A stretch of DNA of 64,000 nucleotides, taken from the NCBI GenBank assembly GCA_902785135.1, contig CACZXL010000005.1:1557-65556 (forward strand), written 5' to 3'. Below the pieces are notes generated by a model. It saw nothing but the letters and a program-made list of their open reading frames with translations, had not been told where the DNA came from and did no database searches. A program made the translations under genes and the position numbers. Position 1 is the stretch's first letter. Each line of letters begins with the position of its first letter. This document shows positions 38,267-49,185 of this stretch, piece by piece. Source of the DNA: an uncultured Erysipelotrichaceae bacterium. Its GTDB lineage: Bacteria > Bacillota_I > Bacilli_A > RF39 > UBA660.

Positions 38267-38947
38267 TTATCTTTGAGCAGTACAGTTAACTCCTTGGTTA
38301 GTTTCTAATAATACGCTTTCAACTTTAGATCCGTCAATCTTTAAATTATAAGTATCTAATTTAAAATTTGTACTACTAGTGTTATCAACATTACATTCAT
38401 AATATATCAAATTATTATTGTCTATTATCCAATTTTCAGTTTTAGGTGTTGTATCTGTTAATAAACCTAAAGAACTTCCATATTTATTAACTAATTTCAA
38501 ATCATGATCATATAACTCAAATCTATAACCATCTTGGTCAATTCCTACAACCAAATAATCTCCCATAATTGCAATATTACTTAAACTCATGTTAAGAAAA
38601 TCTAAATATTTATCCCCAATATATAATCTTCCTTCTTCATATTCACCAGCATTTTTAGAGTACTTAATATTAACTTCTTTTCCACCAAAAGTTACTTTTC
38701 CAAAGTCTTTATCTTCTCTTAAAACTTCTCCTGAATATATAATTTTAGATTCATCTAATTCTTCATTCTTACTTTCTTTTTTAGTTTTTTCTTCTACTTT
38801 TGTTTCTGTTTTAGTAGTTTCTTTTGTATTATTTCCTATTTTAATTATTCCTTTATCTTTTAATATGATAAATGATAATCCACCAATAATTAATAATAAT
38901 ACTATTGTTAATATTATCCATCCTGCATTACTTTTTTTATTTTCCAT
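38267..38947 (-). CDS. Membrane-anchored extracellular protein, paralog of 8722..9483
   Basis: ATG at 38947 (MENKKSNAGWIILTIVLLLIIGG) with aaaatagaggtgaa SD, identical to that of the 8722 gene. K/E/T-rich linker, then a related domain. Confidence 0.55.
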   Translation of the reverse strand: MENKKSNAGWIILTIVLLLIIGGLSFIILKDKGIIKIGNNTKETTKTETKVEEKTKKESKNEELDESKIIYSGEVLREDKDFGKVTFGGKEVNIKYSKNAGEYEEGRLYIGDKYLDFLNMSLSNIAIMGDYLVVGIDQDGYRFELYDHDLKLVNKYGSSLGLLTDTTPKTENWIIDNNNLIYYECNVDNTSSTNFKLDTYNLKIDGSKVESVLLETNQGVNCTAQR

Positions 38948-39012
38948 TTCTTTCACCTCTATTTTAAATATATCACAAAAAAACAAATATGATTAAACAT
39001 ATTTGTTTTACT

Positions 39013-40020
39013 TTACATCTTATTCTTTTGATAATTCCATCCATCACGGCACATATCTTCTAATGTTTTAGTTGTTTTAAAACCTAATTCTTTTTCTGCT
39101 TTAGATGGGTCTGAATAACATGTAGCGATATCACCCGGTCTTCTCTCTACAATCTTATATGGAACATCTACATTATTAACTTTTTTAAATGCTTCAATCA
39201 TTTCTAAAACACTATACCCATTACCAGTTCCTAAGTTATAAATAAATATTCCTTTATTTTCTTTATCTAATTTATCTAGCGCTAGTAAATGGCCTTTTGC
39301 TAAATCTACAACATGTATATAATCTCTAACACCTGTACCATCTTTAGTATCATAATCATTACCAAATACTGATAATTCAGGTAGTATACCTGCGGCTACC
39401 TTAGTAATGTATGGCATTAGATTATTTGGTTTACCCTTAGGATCTTCTCCAATTAATCCTGATTCATGCGCACCAACTGGATTAAAATATCTAAGAATAC
39501 ATATATCCCATGTATTATCTGATACATATAAATCTTGCAAAATTTGTTCTATAAATAGTTTTGTTGTTCCATATGGATTAGTTGTGCCACCAATCTTACA
39601 TTCTTCTGTAATTGGAATTATTTCAGGATCTCCATATACTGTTGCACTAGATGAAAATACAAACTTCTTAACATTATATTTTTTCATAACTTCAAGAAGA
39701 ATAACTGCTCCTCCTATATTATTATGATAATACTCTAATGGTTTTTCAACTGATTCACCTACTGCTTTAAAACCAGCAAAATTAATAACAGAATCTATTT
39801 CATTTTCTTCAAATACTTTTTCTACTTTATCTTTATCTAAATAATCTATTTCATAAAATTTAAAATCTTTACCTGTTATTTTTCTAATACTATCTAATAC
39901 ATCTTTATTACTATTAGAAAAGTTATCAATAATAACAACTTCGTCTCCTCTATTTAATAATTCAACCACTGTATGTGATCCAATATAACCTGCACCACCT
40001 GTGACTAAAACTTTACTCAT
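39013..40020 (-). CDS. galE: UDP-glucose 4-epimerase
   Basis: [22 protein letters not shown], YxxxK SDR; 335 aa. Confidence 0.85.
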   Translation of the reverse strand: MSKVLVTGGAGYIGSHTVVELLNRGDEVVIIDNFSNSNKDVLDSIRKITGKDFKFYEIDYLDKDKVEKVFEENEIDSVINFAGFKAVGESVEKPLEYYHNNIGGAVILLEVMKKYNVKKFVFSSSATVYGDPEIIPITEECKIGGTTNPYGTTKLFIEQILQDLYVSDNTWDICILRYFNPVGAHESGLIGEDPKGKPNNLMPYITKVAAGILPELSVFGNDYDTKDGTGVRDYIHVVDLAKGHLLALDKLDKENKGIFIYNLGTGNGYSVLEMIEAFKKVNNVDVPYKIVERRPGDIATCYSDPSKAEKELGFKTTKTLEDMCRDGWNYQKNKM

Positions 40021-40066
40021 AATGTAGCCTCCTCTTATAACTAAATTATAACATAAAAAAGTAATA

Positions 40067-41221
40067 TTATTCTTTAATATTACTTTCTTTAAATTTTAAA
40101 CTATCTACAAAAGAACTGATTTTATTTTCAAATCTTTGTGTTATTTTTCGTTTCTTAATAAATTTCATTATTAATTGTCTAACAAATTCTATTATTCCTG
40201 AACAAACAAATATTAGAACTCCTATTGCAAAATAATATAATAAATATTTATATGAATGATATGGTCCACCATCTATCTTTAAGAATATAAAGATATTATT
40301 TCTAACATTGAAGTCGAAATGTACTAAATATATTCCTAAAGTTAAAGCAGATATTCTATTAATTATTTTTGATTTAAAATCAAATGTTTCAAATAGTAAG
40401 AAATATGATATTGATTGTAATATAACAATTGGATTACTATATTTATTAAACATATTAATAAAATTGCCAAAAATTTCGTTAAATATAGAGTTTAATCCTT
40501 TTAAATGATTACAAGTTACATTCATATTATAGTTAGATATTGCACATAAAAAGATAATTAATATAAGTATAATTCTATATAAATTTACAGGAATCTTTTT
40601 AACAATATCGCTTTTATTAATTTTATATTTTCCTAAATACGCACCAACTAAATAAATATAAATAAAATGGTATAATGTATAACCATTATTTTCTAAGGAT
40701 TTATTACCTGTTATAAAAGGAATAATCGAGAAAACAAATGTAAGAATAATCAATAATTTTTTATAATCCTTTTTGTTTAAATTCTTTATTAATATATTAA
40801 TAAAAGGAATTAACAAATATAAAAATATATAATACCTTATAAACCAATGTGAATCATTTAAGTTTAATTCAAAAGGAAATAAATTTTGAATAACATCAAG
40901 TTTTGAAACAGTTATTAATCCTAACAATGTAAAAACTATCATTGAAATCACTTTATAAAAAAGACTCATGTCTATTATAGATACAATTTTACTAGGTTTA
41001 ATCTTTTTATCAAATTGAAAATAACCTGTTAATAAAATAAAAGAATTGACATGTACCATATAAACGCAATATAAAAAATTGAATATTACTTGAAGCGATG
41101 GATTTTGTACTACACCTCTATCTCTAATTCCTCCATATATATACATATGCCAAAGAATTATCATAAACATCGATACAATTCTCATCAATTCAAAATTCGA
41201 ATTACGTTCCTTTTGCTTCAT
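40067..41221 (-). CDS. Acyltransferase-3 family membrane O-acyltransferase
   Basis: [25 protein letters not shown], ~10 TM. Confidence 0.7.
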   Translation of the reverse strand: MKQKERNSNFELMRIVSMFMIILWHMYIYGGIRDRGVVQNPSLQVIFNFLYCVYMVHVNSFILLTGYFQFDKKIKPSKIVSIIDMSLFYKVISMIVFTLLGLITVSKLDVIQNLFPFELNLNDSHWFIRYYIFLYLLIPFINILIKNLNKKDYKKLLIILTFVFSIIPFITGNKSLENNGYTLYHFIYIYLVGAYLGKYKINKSDIVKKIPVNLYRIILILIIFLCAISNYNMNVTCNHLKGLNSIFNEIFGNFINMFNKYSNPIVILQSISYFLLFETFDFKSKIINRISALTLGIYLVHFDFNVRNNIFIFLKIDGGPYHSYKYLLYYFAIGVLIFVCSGIIEFVRQLIMKFIKKRKITQRFENKISSFVDSLKFKESNIKE

Positions 41222-41294
41222 ATAATAGTCCCCCTGACTAGTATTATTATTAATATAATTTTATCATATTTTATGAATAAAAAAAAGAGTATTC

Positions 41295-42392
41295 CTACTC
41301 TTTAATTAATTTTTTTATTATTGATTTTTCATTAACTTTTTCCATTTTTAAATATTCTAAAGTTCTTTTAAAACCTTCTTTAATAGAATACTTTGGTTCC
41401 CAGTTCAATTCATCTCTTATTTTGTCTGTAGACAATATTCCTAAAGTAAAAGCTGCGACACCTTTATTTATTTCATTTGGTATATCAAATACCAATTTTA
41501 ATCCCTTTTCTGGGTAGATATTCACCATTGTTTCTGCTAATGATTTTATAGATGTTTCATTTCTTTCATCAGCTATATTATAGACAATATCACAACTTTT
41601 TAGTAATACTTTAAACATAGCAGATATTGCATCGCTAATATAAGTGTAAGTTCTAATTGATGAACCATCACTTTTTAACACTATATCTTCATCATTTAAT
41701 ATGTTTCTTAAAAAGTCTGCTTGTACTCTCCCATCATCTACGCTCATGCCAGGACCATAAGTATGTGCTAATCTCACAATTTTAGTATTTAGACCATATT
41801 CTTCTCTAAAACCTGCGCACATGTTTTCAGCTGCTTTTTTACCTTCCGCATAACCATTTCTTGGAACTAGAGGATCTACTTGTCCTAAAGGGCCATTTTC
41901 TATAAAAATTCTTTGATTTTTGGATGGTTGACCATATATTTCTCTTGAAGATATAAATAAATACCCTTTAGCATTTTTTTCTTTGGCTAACTTTAAAGTA
42001 TTAGCTGTTCCTATAGTATTAGCAAAATTAGTTTCAACAGGATGTTCTCTCATTATTTTAGGACTAGCTGGTCCTGCAGCATGAACTATATAATCTATAT
42101 TATCAATATACTCAATAGGCTCAATAACATCTTGCTCTATAGGTATTACATATTTTTTACTAAGGACTTCTTTTTTTAACTTATTTTTATTTCTAATTAA
42201 TGGAATAACAGTAATATCTGCATTATAATCTTCGTTTAGTTTCATTAAAGTATAAACAAAATAACTACCTACCATCCCAGAAGCTCCTGTTATCATTACA
42301 GTTTTTCCATATAACTCTCTTAAGCCATTATTTTCATCAATTATTTGACTAACATCTTCATCAATTATCTTATTTATTATCATTATTATCAC
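41295..42392 (-). CDS. NAD(P)-dependent extended-SDR reductase/epimerase (ribulose-5-P reductase-like partner of the cytidylyltransferase)
   Basis: ITGASGMVGSYFVYTLMKL, YxxxK; overlaps upstream IspD-like gene by 23 nt. Confidence 0.6.
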   Translation of the reverse strand: MIIMIINKIIDEDVSQIIDENNGLRELYGKTVMITGASGMVGSYFVYTLMKLNEDYNADITVIPLIRNKNKLKKEVLSKKYVIPIEQDVIEPIEYIDNIDYIVHAAGPASPKIMREHPVETNFANTIGTANTLKLAKEKNAKGYLFISSREIYGQPSKNQRIFIENGPLGQVDPLVPRNGYAEGKKAAENMCAGFREEYGLNTKIVRLAHTYGPGMSVDDGRVQADFLRNILNDEDIVLKSDGSSIRTYTYISDAISAMFKVLLKSCDIVYNIADERNETSIKSLAETMVNIYPEKGLKLVFDIPNEINKGVAAFTLGILSTDKIRDELNWEPKYSIKEGFKRTLEYLKMEKVNEKSIIKKLIKE

Positions 42393-43236
42393 TTTTACTT
42401 TCTGTATTATTTAATACCATTTTTCTTTTCTTAATATTTTTAGCTTCTTCCATTGCAGGGTTTAATAAAATCTCATTATTTGTTTTTCCGTAGAAATAAT
42501 TTTCTATATCATTGGATTGTAATATACCTAATAATGCAAAGTAATCTCCAGTTGTTGTAACTTTCATATTATTTGGATTACCTTTAACTATGTGGCATTT
42601 TTCATTAAAAGCTGCAGTCATTAATGACGCGGAATCCACTATTGAACTTCCATTGTATATACCCTCATAATTTGAATCATTTATTCTGATTTTTTCATGA
42701 GCTTCAATAATATGCCCTAGTCTAAAACTTTGAGGAGCAACCCCTCTATATATAGTTTTTCTATCGAAAGTCTTATCTATAATTTCACCTTTTTCACTAT
42801 ATATAGGAGTTTCTGTAAATGGAATACATGTAATAGCACTACCATATTCTTCAACACTTTTAATATTATTTGATATTTCTTCTTTAGTAACAATTGGTCT
42901 AACACCATCATGAATTAAAACAATGTCCTCATCTTCATTATATTCTCTAGCTTTTTTCAAAATTCTATAAATAGTATCTTGTCCACTGTTTCCTCCAGGA
43001 ATAATACCATCTTCTGGAATTTTAGTAATTCCATTAGATGTAGTTATTTCAGTTAAATAAGGAATCCATTCTTTAACGCATCCTATATATATTTCATCAA
43101 TTTCTTCATGTTTTTGAAATACATTTAGGGTATGAATTATAATATTACTACCATAAATATTAACAAATTGTTTAGGTATTTCTGAACCAAATCTTTGCCC
43201 TACTCCACCTGCGAAAATAATTGCTATTTTTTTCAC
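42370..43236 (-). CDS. IspD/TarI-family sugar-alcohol-phosphate cytidylyltransferase (CDP-ribitol-synthase-like)
   Basis: KKIAIIFAGGVGQRFGSEIPKQFVNIYGSNIIIHTL. Confidence 0.65.
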   Translation of the reverse strand: MKKIAIIFAGGVGQRFGSEIPKQFVNIYGSNIIIHTLNVFQKHEEIDEIYIGCVKEWIPYLTEITTSNGITKIPEDGIIPGGNSGQDTIYRILKKAREYNEDEDIVLIHDGVRPIVTKEEISNNIKSVEEYGSAITCIPFTETPIYSEKGEIIDKTFDRKTIYRGVAPQSFRLGHIIEAHEKIRINDSNYEGIYNGSSIVDSASLMTAAFNEKCHIVKGNPNNMKVTTTGDYFALLGILQSNDIENYFYGKTNNEILLNPAMEEAKNIKKRKMVLNNTESKSDNNDNK

Positions 43237-43311
43237 AATAATCCCCCCAAAACTAATAGTATTATACTATCATTATTAAAAATTGTAAAATTAAAAAAGA
43301 AATAGTATATA

Positions 43312-44109
43312 CTATTTCTTTACTTTATTACTCTTTTCTGCATTTTTATAAAATTTATTTAATAATTTAGCAATACCTTTTGGCCAAAATCTTAAGAATA
43401 ATTCATAATCCTCTTTTGTTCTAACACCAGAATTAATTATTTCTGTTGTTGTTGTTTCCTCTGATATTTTGTGTCCCATTAACTTTTTATTAACAAAAGA
43501 AAATGAACCTTTTCTTAAAGATAGTTTTTCCCATGCATTCCAGTCAATGTTACATGTTAAATCACAATCAAAAACCGGAAATTCTATCATATCTTTATTG
43601 AATGTTACTGATGGGCAACAAATTGCATTACCATATTTTAGAACTGCTCTTTTTGCCCATTTTTTATTAGAATTAAAACTGATTTTTAATGGTGTTAATA
43701 AGAATGATTTAATTCTTAAATTCTTATTATTCATTACTTTCTTTTTATTTCTTATTTCATAATAATTAGTAAATAAAATTATAGAGTCCTTTTTCTTGTT
43801 ATATTTCTTTACTATTTCATAACTATAATCATAATCATATACATCATCTTGATGCGCTACTGTAGCTAATTTAGTTTTTGCACATTTAATTGCAAAATCA
43901 AAATCATCACCTATTCTATGTTTTGCATCTTTATTAACAATTACTTCTAAGCCATATTTTTTAGCAAGCTTATTTATAAAACTATTTGGTGTAGAAGTAG
44001 CAATTACTACCTCACTTCTATATTTTTGTTTTAAAACTGATTTAATACATCTTTCTAAATCTTTTGATTCTTTATATGCTAAAACAACGTATGTGTGTAA
44101 CTTTTCCAT
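43312..44109 (-). CDS. GT2 glycosyltransferase
   Basis: HTYVVLAYKESKDLERCIKSVLKQKY. Confidence 0.6.
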   Translation of the reverse strand: MEKLHTYVVLAYKESKDLERCIKSVLKQKYRSEVVIATSTPNSFINKLAKKYGLEVIVNKDAKHRIGDDFDFAIKCAKTKLATVAHQDDVYDYDYSYEIVKKYNKKKDSIILFTNYYEIRNKKKVMNNKNLRIKSFLLTPLKISFNSNKKWAKRAVLKYGNAICCPSVTFNKDMIEFPVFDCDLTCNIDWNAWEKLSLRKGSFSFVNKKLMGHKISEETTTTEIINSGVRTKEDYELFLRFWPKGIAKLLNKFYKNAEKSNKVKK

Positions 44110-44116
44110 TTGACAC

Positions 44117-44449
44117 CTATTTATCTTTCTTTAACATAGAAACTTCTTGTATTAAATTGTTAATTTGGCTTTTTTGATTTGTCACAATCATTGTTAATAC
44201 CAATGTTAGTAATAGTAATAATGTTAATATTATTCCTATAACTAAATTTGAAATTGTTAAGAAACCAAAGAAATTTGATATTAAATCCATTAATTTAGGG
44301 AATACTCCTACAATTAATAAAACTAGTGATACAAATAGCCAAATCATAGAATACTTTATAGATAATTTACCATTTCTTACTAATCTTAAAATTATAATAA
44401 TCCATACTATCGAAAATACTACTAGAGATATTACTAATGACTTACTCAT
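44117..44449 (-). CDS. Small 3-4 TM membrane protein (DUF2304-like partner of polyprenyl-P glycosyltransferase)
   Basis: 110 aa hydrophobic; 2-nt gap to upstream GT2. Confidence 0.45.
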   Translation of the reverse strand: MSKSLVISLVVFSIVWIIIILRLVRNGKLSIKYSMIWLFVSLVLLIVGVFPKLMDLISNFFGFLTISNLVIGIILTLLLLLTLVLTMIVTNQKSQINNLIQEVSMLKKDK

Positions 44450-44450
44450 A

Positions 44451-45167
44451 TTATTTATTTCCTTTCATAAGCATGATTGATAAAATAACATTTATCATAT
44501 AATAAACATTCTTCCACGAAGAAATAGATGATTTTCCTTTTTCTCTTTCTTTCATAACAACTGGAACTTCTGATACTTTATAATTATTTTTCAAAGCATT
44601 TACTGTTGATATAGGCTCTGGATATTCAACTGGGTAATAATTCTTAAATAATTCCATAAGACTTCTATCTATCGCTCTAAAACCTGATGTTACGTCATAT
44701 ATTTTCTTTCTAGTCTTTAATTTTATAAAGAAAGAAATAACATTAATTCCTATTCTTCTTGCTTTACTTGATTTAAAACCTTCTTTGTCTTTTTGAACAA
44801 ATCTTGATCCTATAACCATATTAGCCTCATTATTTTCAATTGGTTTAACAATATCTCCAACATAATTAACATCATGTTGTCCATCACCATCATATTGAAT
44901 AGCTATATCATAATTATTTTCTAACGCATATTTATAACCAGTTTGAACTGCGCCACCTATTCCTAAATTACATATTAAATTGATATGAGGAATATTATTT
45001 TTTTCTAATATTTCTTTAGTTTTGTCTTTTGAACCATCGTTTATAACTATTACATCTAATTTTTCTTTTGCAGTTTTATTATATTCTTCCACACCCTGAT
45101 AAGTTTTAAGAATACTTTCTTCTTCATTATAGGCTGGAATTACAAGAATTATTTTTTTCTTTTCCAT
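44451..45167 (-). CDS. GT2 polyprenyl-phosphate glycosyltransferase (DPM1/CsbB/GtrB-like, soluble form)
   Basis: KIILVIPAYNEEESILKTYQGV...DVIVINDGSKDKTKEIL. Confidence 0.7.
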   Translation of the reverse strand: MEKKKIILVIPAYNEEESILKTYQGVEEYNKTAKEKLDVIVINDGSKDKTKEILEKNNIPHINLICNLGIGGAVQTGYKYALENNYDIAIQYDGDGQHDVNYVGDIVKPIENNEANMVIGSRFVQKDKEGFKSSKARRIGINVISFFIKLKTRKKIYDVTSGFRAIDRSLMELFKNYYPVEYPEPISTVNALKNNYKVSEVPVVMKEREKGKSSISSWKNVYYMINVILSIMLMKGNK

Positions 45168-45226
45168 ATAATCACCTCTATATCTAATAGAATTATAACA
45201 AAATAATGTCTAAAAAACATTATTTT

Positions 45227-46144
45227 TTATAATTTTCCAATCAAAAACATTAATCTTAAGGCTAACTCATCAATTATATTACTTCTTAAACGTTTTAAAT
45301 AAAATGTTTTTCTAAATCTATTAATAAAACTATAATTTGTAAATAGTTTAATTATTTTTAAATCTTTATCATCTAATTCTGCATTACAAATTTTATAAAA
45401 CTCATTCAAAATAGTTTTATAGTTTTCAAAATTTTTATTTGAAAAGAATTTTTTTATTCGCCATTTCCATAAACCTAGTCCACTCATCTTATTAGAAGTT
45501 ACAGACTTTTCATGTCTTCTATATAATGCTGTTTCATAATTATCATAGTAAACTATTCCAAACGCTGAATAAAGCATGCTCATCCATGTACCTCTTGCTT
45601 TAGATTTTATTGGTTTATTACTATTCAATAATTCAAGTGCTTTATTATTAATTGCCATTGTAAATTCCAAACCACATACTTCATATAAAGTATCTTTAAA
45701 CTTAATATTATTTATTCTTTTTTTAGATGATCCAACTACATTCATATTTGAATCACATATTTTATATCCAGAATAATAAGCAAAAGGTCTATTTATATCT
45801 TCTTCTGTTTCTATAATCTTTATTGCTCTTTCAATTTTATTCTCTAACCAAATATCATCTTGATCTGCAAAGAAATAGTAATCTGCTTTTTTTGCATTAT
45901 TTGTTAATTCATAAAAACATTTTGGATACCCTAAATTTTTCTTTCCTCTCTCCACTTGAATAAAATCATATTCTTTCTCATATTTTTTCAAAATATTATA
46001 CGTTTTATCTGTAGAACAATCATCCCTTACCATTATCTCAATATTTTTGTAAGTTTGATTAATAATACTATTCAATTGTTCTTCAATATATTTTTCTCCA
46101 TTAAAAGTTGAAATAATTACCAAAGCTTTAGGATTCTTTTTCAT
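45227..46144 (-). CDS. GT2 glycosyltransferase (rhamnosyltransferase-like)
   Basis: ALVIISTFNGEKYIEEQLNSIINQTYKNIEIMVRDDCSTDKT, ADQDD. Confidence 0.7.
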   Translation of the reverse strand: MKKNPKALVIISTFNGEKYIEEQLNSIINQTYKNIEIMVRDDCSTDKTYNILKKYEKEYDFIQVERGKKNLGYPKCFYELTNNAKKADYYFFADQDDIWLENKIERAIKIIETEEDINRPFAYYSGYKICDSNMNVVGSSKKRINNIKFKDTLYEVCGLEFTMAINNKALELLNSNKPIKSKARGTWMSMLYSAFGIVYYDNYETALYRRHEKSVTSNKMSGLGLWKWRIKKFFSNKNFENYKTILNEFYKICNAELDDKDLKIIKLFTNYSFINRFRKTFYLKRLRSNIIDELALRLMFLIGKL

Positions 46145-46161
46145 AAACTACTCCTTTACTA

Positions 46162-47394
46162 TTATATTTTTTTCAATTTTTTTATACATTTAATAATAAT
46201 AACTAACATCTCTATAATCATAATAATTGTGAATAGTATTAAAGTGAAATTAACACCATTCATACTAAATTTTTTTATAAAAAATGAACTAATCATAATG
46301 CAAATAATAAATCCAGTAAAATTTATAACTGATATTTCTTTGATTTTTCTGAAAATTACTAAAATATTATGAAAAAACCATAAAAAACCTGTTAAAGATG
46401 TATATATAATTATACTAAAAAACAATTTATAATGGCTTGCTATTCTGTTGCCATATAAAATACTTAACACTGGTTTTGCAAAAAATAGTGAGCCTAAACA
46501 ACAAACTATTGATATACCAAATATTATTGTAATAGTTTGACTAAAGAGTTTCCTAAAATTACTGTAATCTTTATCTTTTCTATAATTAGAAAATGTCACT
46601 AAAAGAGGATTATAAATATAAGAAACTGCTACCTGAACTATAACTGCAGGAATTGCAATTGTTGCATAAATACCTAGTACATCTGCTCCATATGTTTTTT
46701 CTAACATTTGCCTTGGAATAGAAGATGATAGTGTTCCCAAAAAAGCACCAATAGCAAGTGGCAAAAATTTTATAAACAAAGATTTATTATTTTTATTTTT
46801 TATAGTAAATTTTATTACTTCAAATTTCTTTATATTGTGAAAATCATAGGTAAAAATAAATATTATTGTAAAAAAAGCTATTAATAATAATGAGACTAGC
46901 ATATTATTAAAAATCTTCATACCTAATATAAAAAAAATAATAGTAATTATTCCTCTAAGAAATAATGATATTCCTCCAATATCCATTCTACCTTTTCTTT
47001 GTTCAAATGCATGAAACAAATCTACTAAAGCTTCACCTATTTTATAAATCATAAAAATCATTATGCACAGTAATTGATTAATAGAATAATCAAAGAGTAA
47101 ACAATAAATAAAGCATCCAACAAAAGCTATTATCATAGTTACAAATCTAAATGAAGAATAATCTTGTACTTTATATTCATTTAAATTATCAGAAACTAAA
47201 TATGGTCTCATACTAAAACAAGCTACAGTAAAAAATACATTTGTAATAGACATTGCTAATGACAAATTACCTGCATCCTCTAGATTATTTGATAACCTAA
47301 TTATAAAAAAAGTTAATAGCCATTGACAAAATAAATAAGTAAATGACCCTAAGGAATTCCATACAAAATTTGTTTTAAGTGATTTTTCTTTCAT
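46162..47394 (-). CDS. Wzx-type polysaccharide flippase (MOP superfamily)
   Basis: 410 aa, ~12 TM. Confidence 0.65.
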   Translation of the reverse strand: MKEKSLKTNFVWNSLGSFTYLFCQWLLTFFIIRLSNNLEDAGNLSLAMSITNVFFTVACFSMRPYLVSDNLNEYKVQDYSSFRFVTMIIAFVGCFIYCLLFDYSINQLLCIMIFMIYKIGEALVDLFHAFEQRKGRMDIGGISLFLRGIITIIFFILGMKIFNNMLVSLLLIAFFTIIFIFTYDFHNIKKFEVIKFTIKNKNNKSLFIKFLPLAIGAFLGTLSSSIPRQMLEKTYGADVLGIYATIAIPAVIVQVAVSYIYNPLLVTFSNYRKDKDYSNFRKLFSQTITIIFGISIVCCLGSLFFAKPVLSILYGNRIASHYKLFFSIIIYTSLTGFLWFFHNILVIFRKIKEISVINFTGFIICIMISSFFIKKFSMNGVNFTLILFTIIMIIEMLVIIIKCIKKLKKI

Positions 47395-47397
47395 AAT

Positions 47398-48255
47398 CTA
47401 CTCCTCATCATTAAATTTCAAACTATATGGTGGATGAGTATGTCTTTTTTCTTTTGGTGGTAAAGTCATATAATCTCTACCATATCTTCGTTCTAAATAT
47501 CGTTCGATTTTTCCTGGCACATTAACTTCTAGCCCTTCAAACTTCATAGTTTTAAGTGGATAAACATCGCTTTTTGTCATTACGCTTGTAAATCTATGAG
47601 GATCAAATGCGTATCCAAATCTTTTTGTTTCTGTATTATTAAACATTGTAGAATATTTATATGCTCTTTTATAAAAATGCCTACTTTTTAAATGTAAAAC
47701 TTTTAAAATATAATGTGCTATAAAAAAAATTGTTCTTAATATTTTTGCTTTTACTCCATAATAATATAATACTGGTCTTTTTACTCCACTAAGTACCAAT
47801 AGTTTTCCATATATCCATGCAATAGTTCCTTGTTTTTTCATTTTTTTCTCATCATCAGGAATGTTATCTTGGGGAAAAATATCTAAAAAAATTCCAAATT
47901 CACCAGGAATATCTTTTAAATCTTCAGTTTTATACTCTGTACCATTAAGCCCCCATCGTGTATTCATTAATGGGAACTTAGGATTAGTATCATTATTTAT
48001 AACTGTATATTTATCACTATATTCTTTTTTAGCTATTTTTAAAAACTTTTCATAATCCTCTCTTGGCATTGCAACATCGATATCATCATCCCAAGGAATA
48101 AACCCCTTATGGCGAACTACACCGATTGCTGATCCACCTACTAAAAAATAATCCAATTTATTATATTTACAAAGTTTATCAAAATCTACTAATATTCCTA
48201 ATTCAATTTTTTGTAATTTTTTTAATACTTTTTCATCGTAATAATCTTGTTTCAT
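47398..48255 (-). CDS. licD: LicD-family phosphotransferase (phosphocholine/ribitol-phosphate transferase)
   Basis: YFLVGGSAIGVVRHKGFIPWDDDIDVAMPRED. Confidence 0.8.
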   Translation of the reverse strand: MKQDYYDEKVLKKLQKIELGILVDFDKLCKYNKLDYFLVGGSAIGVVRHKGFIPWDDDIDVAMPREDYEKFLKIAKKEYSDKYTVINNDTNPKFPLMNTRWGLNGTEYKTEDLKDIPGEFGIFLDIFPQDNIPDDEKKMKKQGTIAWIYGKLLVLSGVKRPVLYYYGVKAKILRTIFFIAHYILKVLHLKSRHFYKRAYKYSTMFNNTETKRFGYAFDPHRFTSVMTKSDVYPLKTMKFEGLEVNVPGKIERYLERRYGRDYMTLPPKEKRHTHPPYSLKFNDEE

Positions 48256-48314
48256 ATACTACCTCCATTATCACAATAATCTAATAAGATTATAACATAA
48301 TACCTATATTAATA

Positions 48315-48341
48315 AAAGAAAAAATGCTTAATAAAGCATTT
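48315..48341 (-). terminator. Intrinsic terminator separating the ABC-exporter operon from the licD operon
   Basis: aatgctt-aataa-aagcatt followed on the minus strand by T6; overlaps the stop of the 48340 gene. Confidence 0.45.
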
Positions 48342-49185
48342 AATTCTTATATGGATACTTCCCAATTACACCTTTTTTAAAATCTTTAATACCTCTAATT
48401 ATATTTCTCACTTTTCTATATTTATCTTTTTCAAACATTACTATTCTAAAAATTCTTAATTTCAAATGAGTTAATATTTCACAATATTCAGGTGCAATAT
48501 CATAGTATTTTTTTCTAATATATCTATAATTTCTAGCAATATAATAATTTCTTAAATAATTATGATTAGAGCATAAATAAGTTTTTCCTAAAAATTTATG
48601 ATATTCAATATCACCTAAATCATGTTCTATTGAAACATCATTAAATCTTACAATTCTATAATTATTTTTCTTAATTCTTAAACAATATTCTATATCTATT
48701 CCATCGATAAAATAATCTTCATTATATTCCCCAATTTTTTTATAGATTTCTAAATTTACTAAATTTCCTGAAGTCATTACTTGAAGAGGATAATCTATTG
48801 GATCTTCACTTTTTACTATATCTAATTTAGTATTATGCCATGGAACTAAAATACCATCATCTTTAGTGTCATTGTTTTTAATGTAATTTGTCATTCTTTT
48901 CATTACACCTTTATTAAATTTAGTATCTTGATCCATTGTTAATAACCAATTATATTTTTTTTCTATTGCTTTAGCTGCTCCTATATTTAAAGCCTTAGCA
49001 ACTCCAATATTCTCATTATTAAAAATATATACTATCTTATCATTTTTGAACAATTTGTTTTTATTGTTTGAATTATCAATTACATACAAAACATCTAGAT
49101 CATCAATATATGTTTTTATATTATTTTCAAAATCTTCTGGCGGATTATAAAGTACTACAACTCCTGCAATTTTACTATTTTTCAT
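48340..49185 (-). CDS. GT2 glycosyltransferase (rhamnosyltransferase RfbF-like)
   Basis: IAGVVVLYNPPEDFENNIKTYIDDLDVLYVIDNS. Confidence 0.65.
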   Translation of the reverse strand: MKNSKIAGVVVLYNPPEDFENNIKTYIDDLDVLYVIDNSNNKNKLFKNDKIVYIFNNENIGVAKALNIGAAKAIEKKYNWLLTMDQDTKFNKGVMKRMTNYIKNNDTKDDGILVPWHNTKLDIVKSEDPIDYPLQVMTSGNLVNLEIYKKIGEYNEDYFIDGIDIEYCLRIKKNNYRIVRFNDVSIEHDLGDIEYHKFLGKTYLCSNHNYLRNYYIARNYRYIRKKYYDIAPEYCEILTHLKLRIFRIVMFEKDKYRKVRNIIRGIKDFKKGVIGKYPYKN

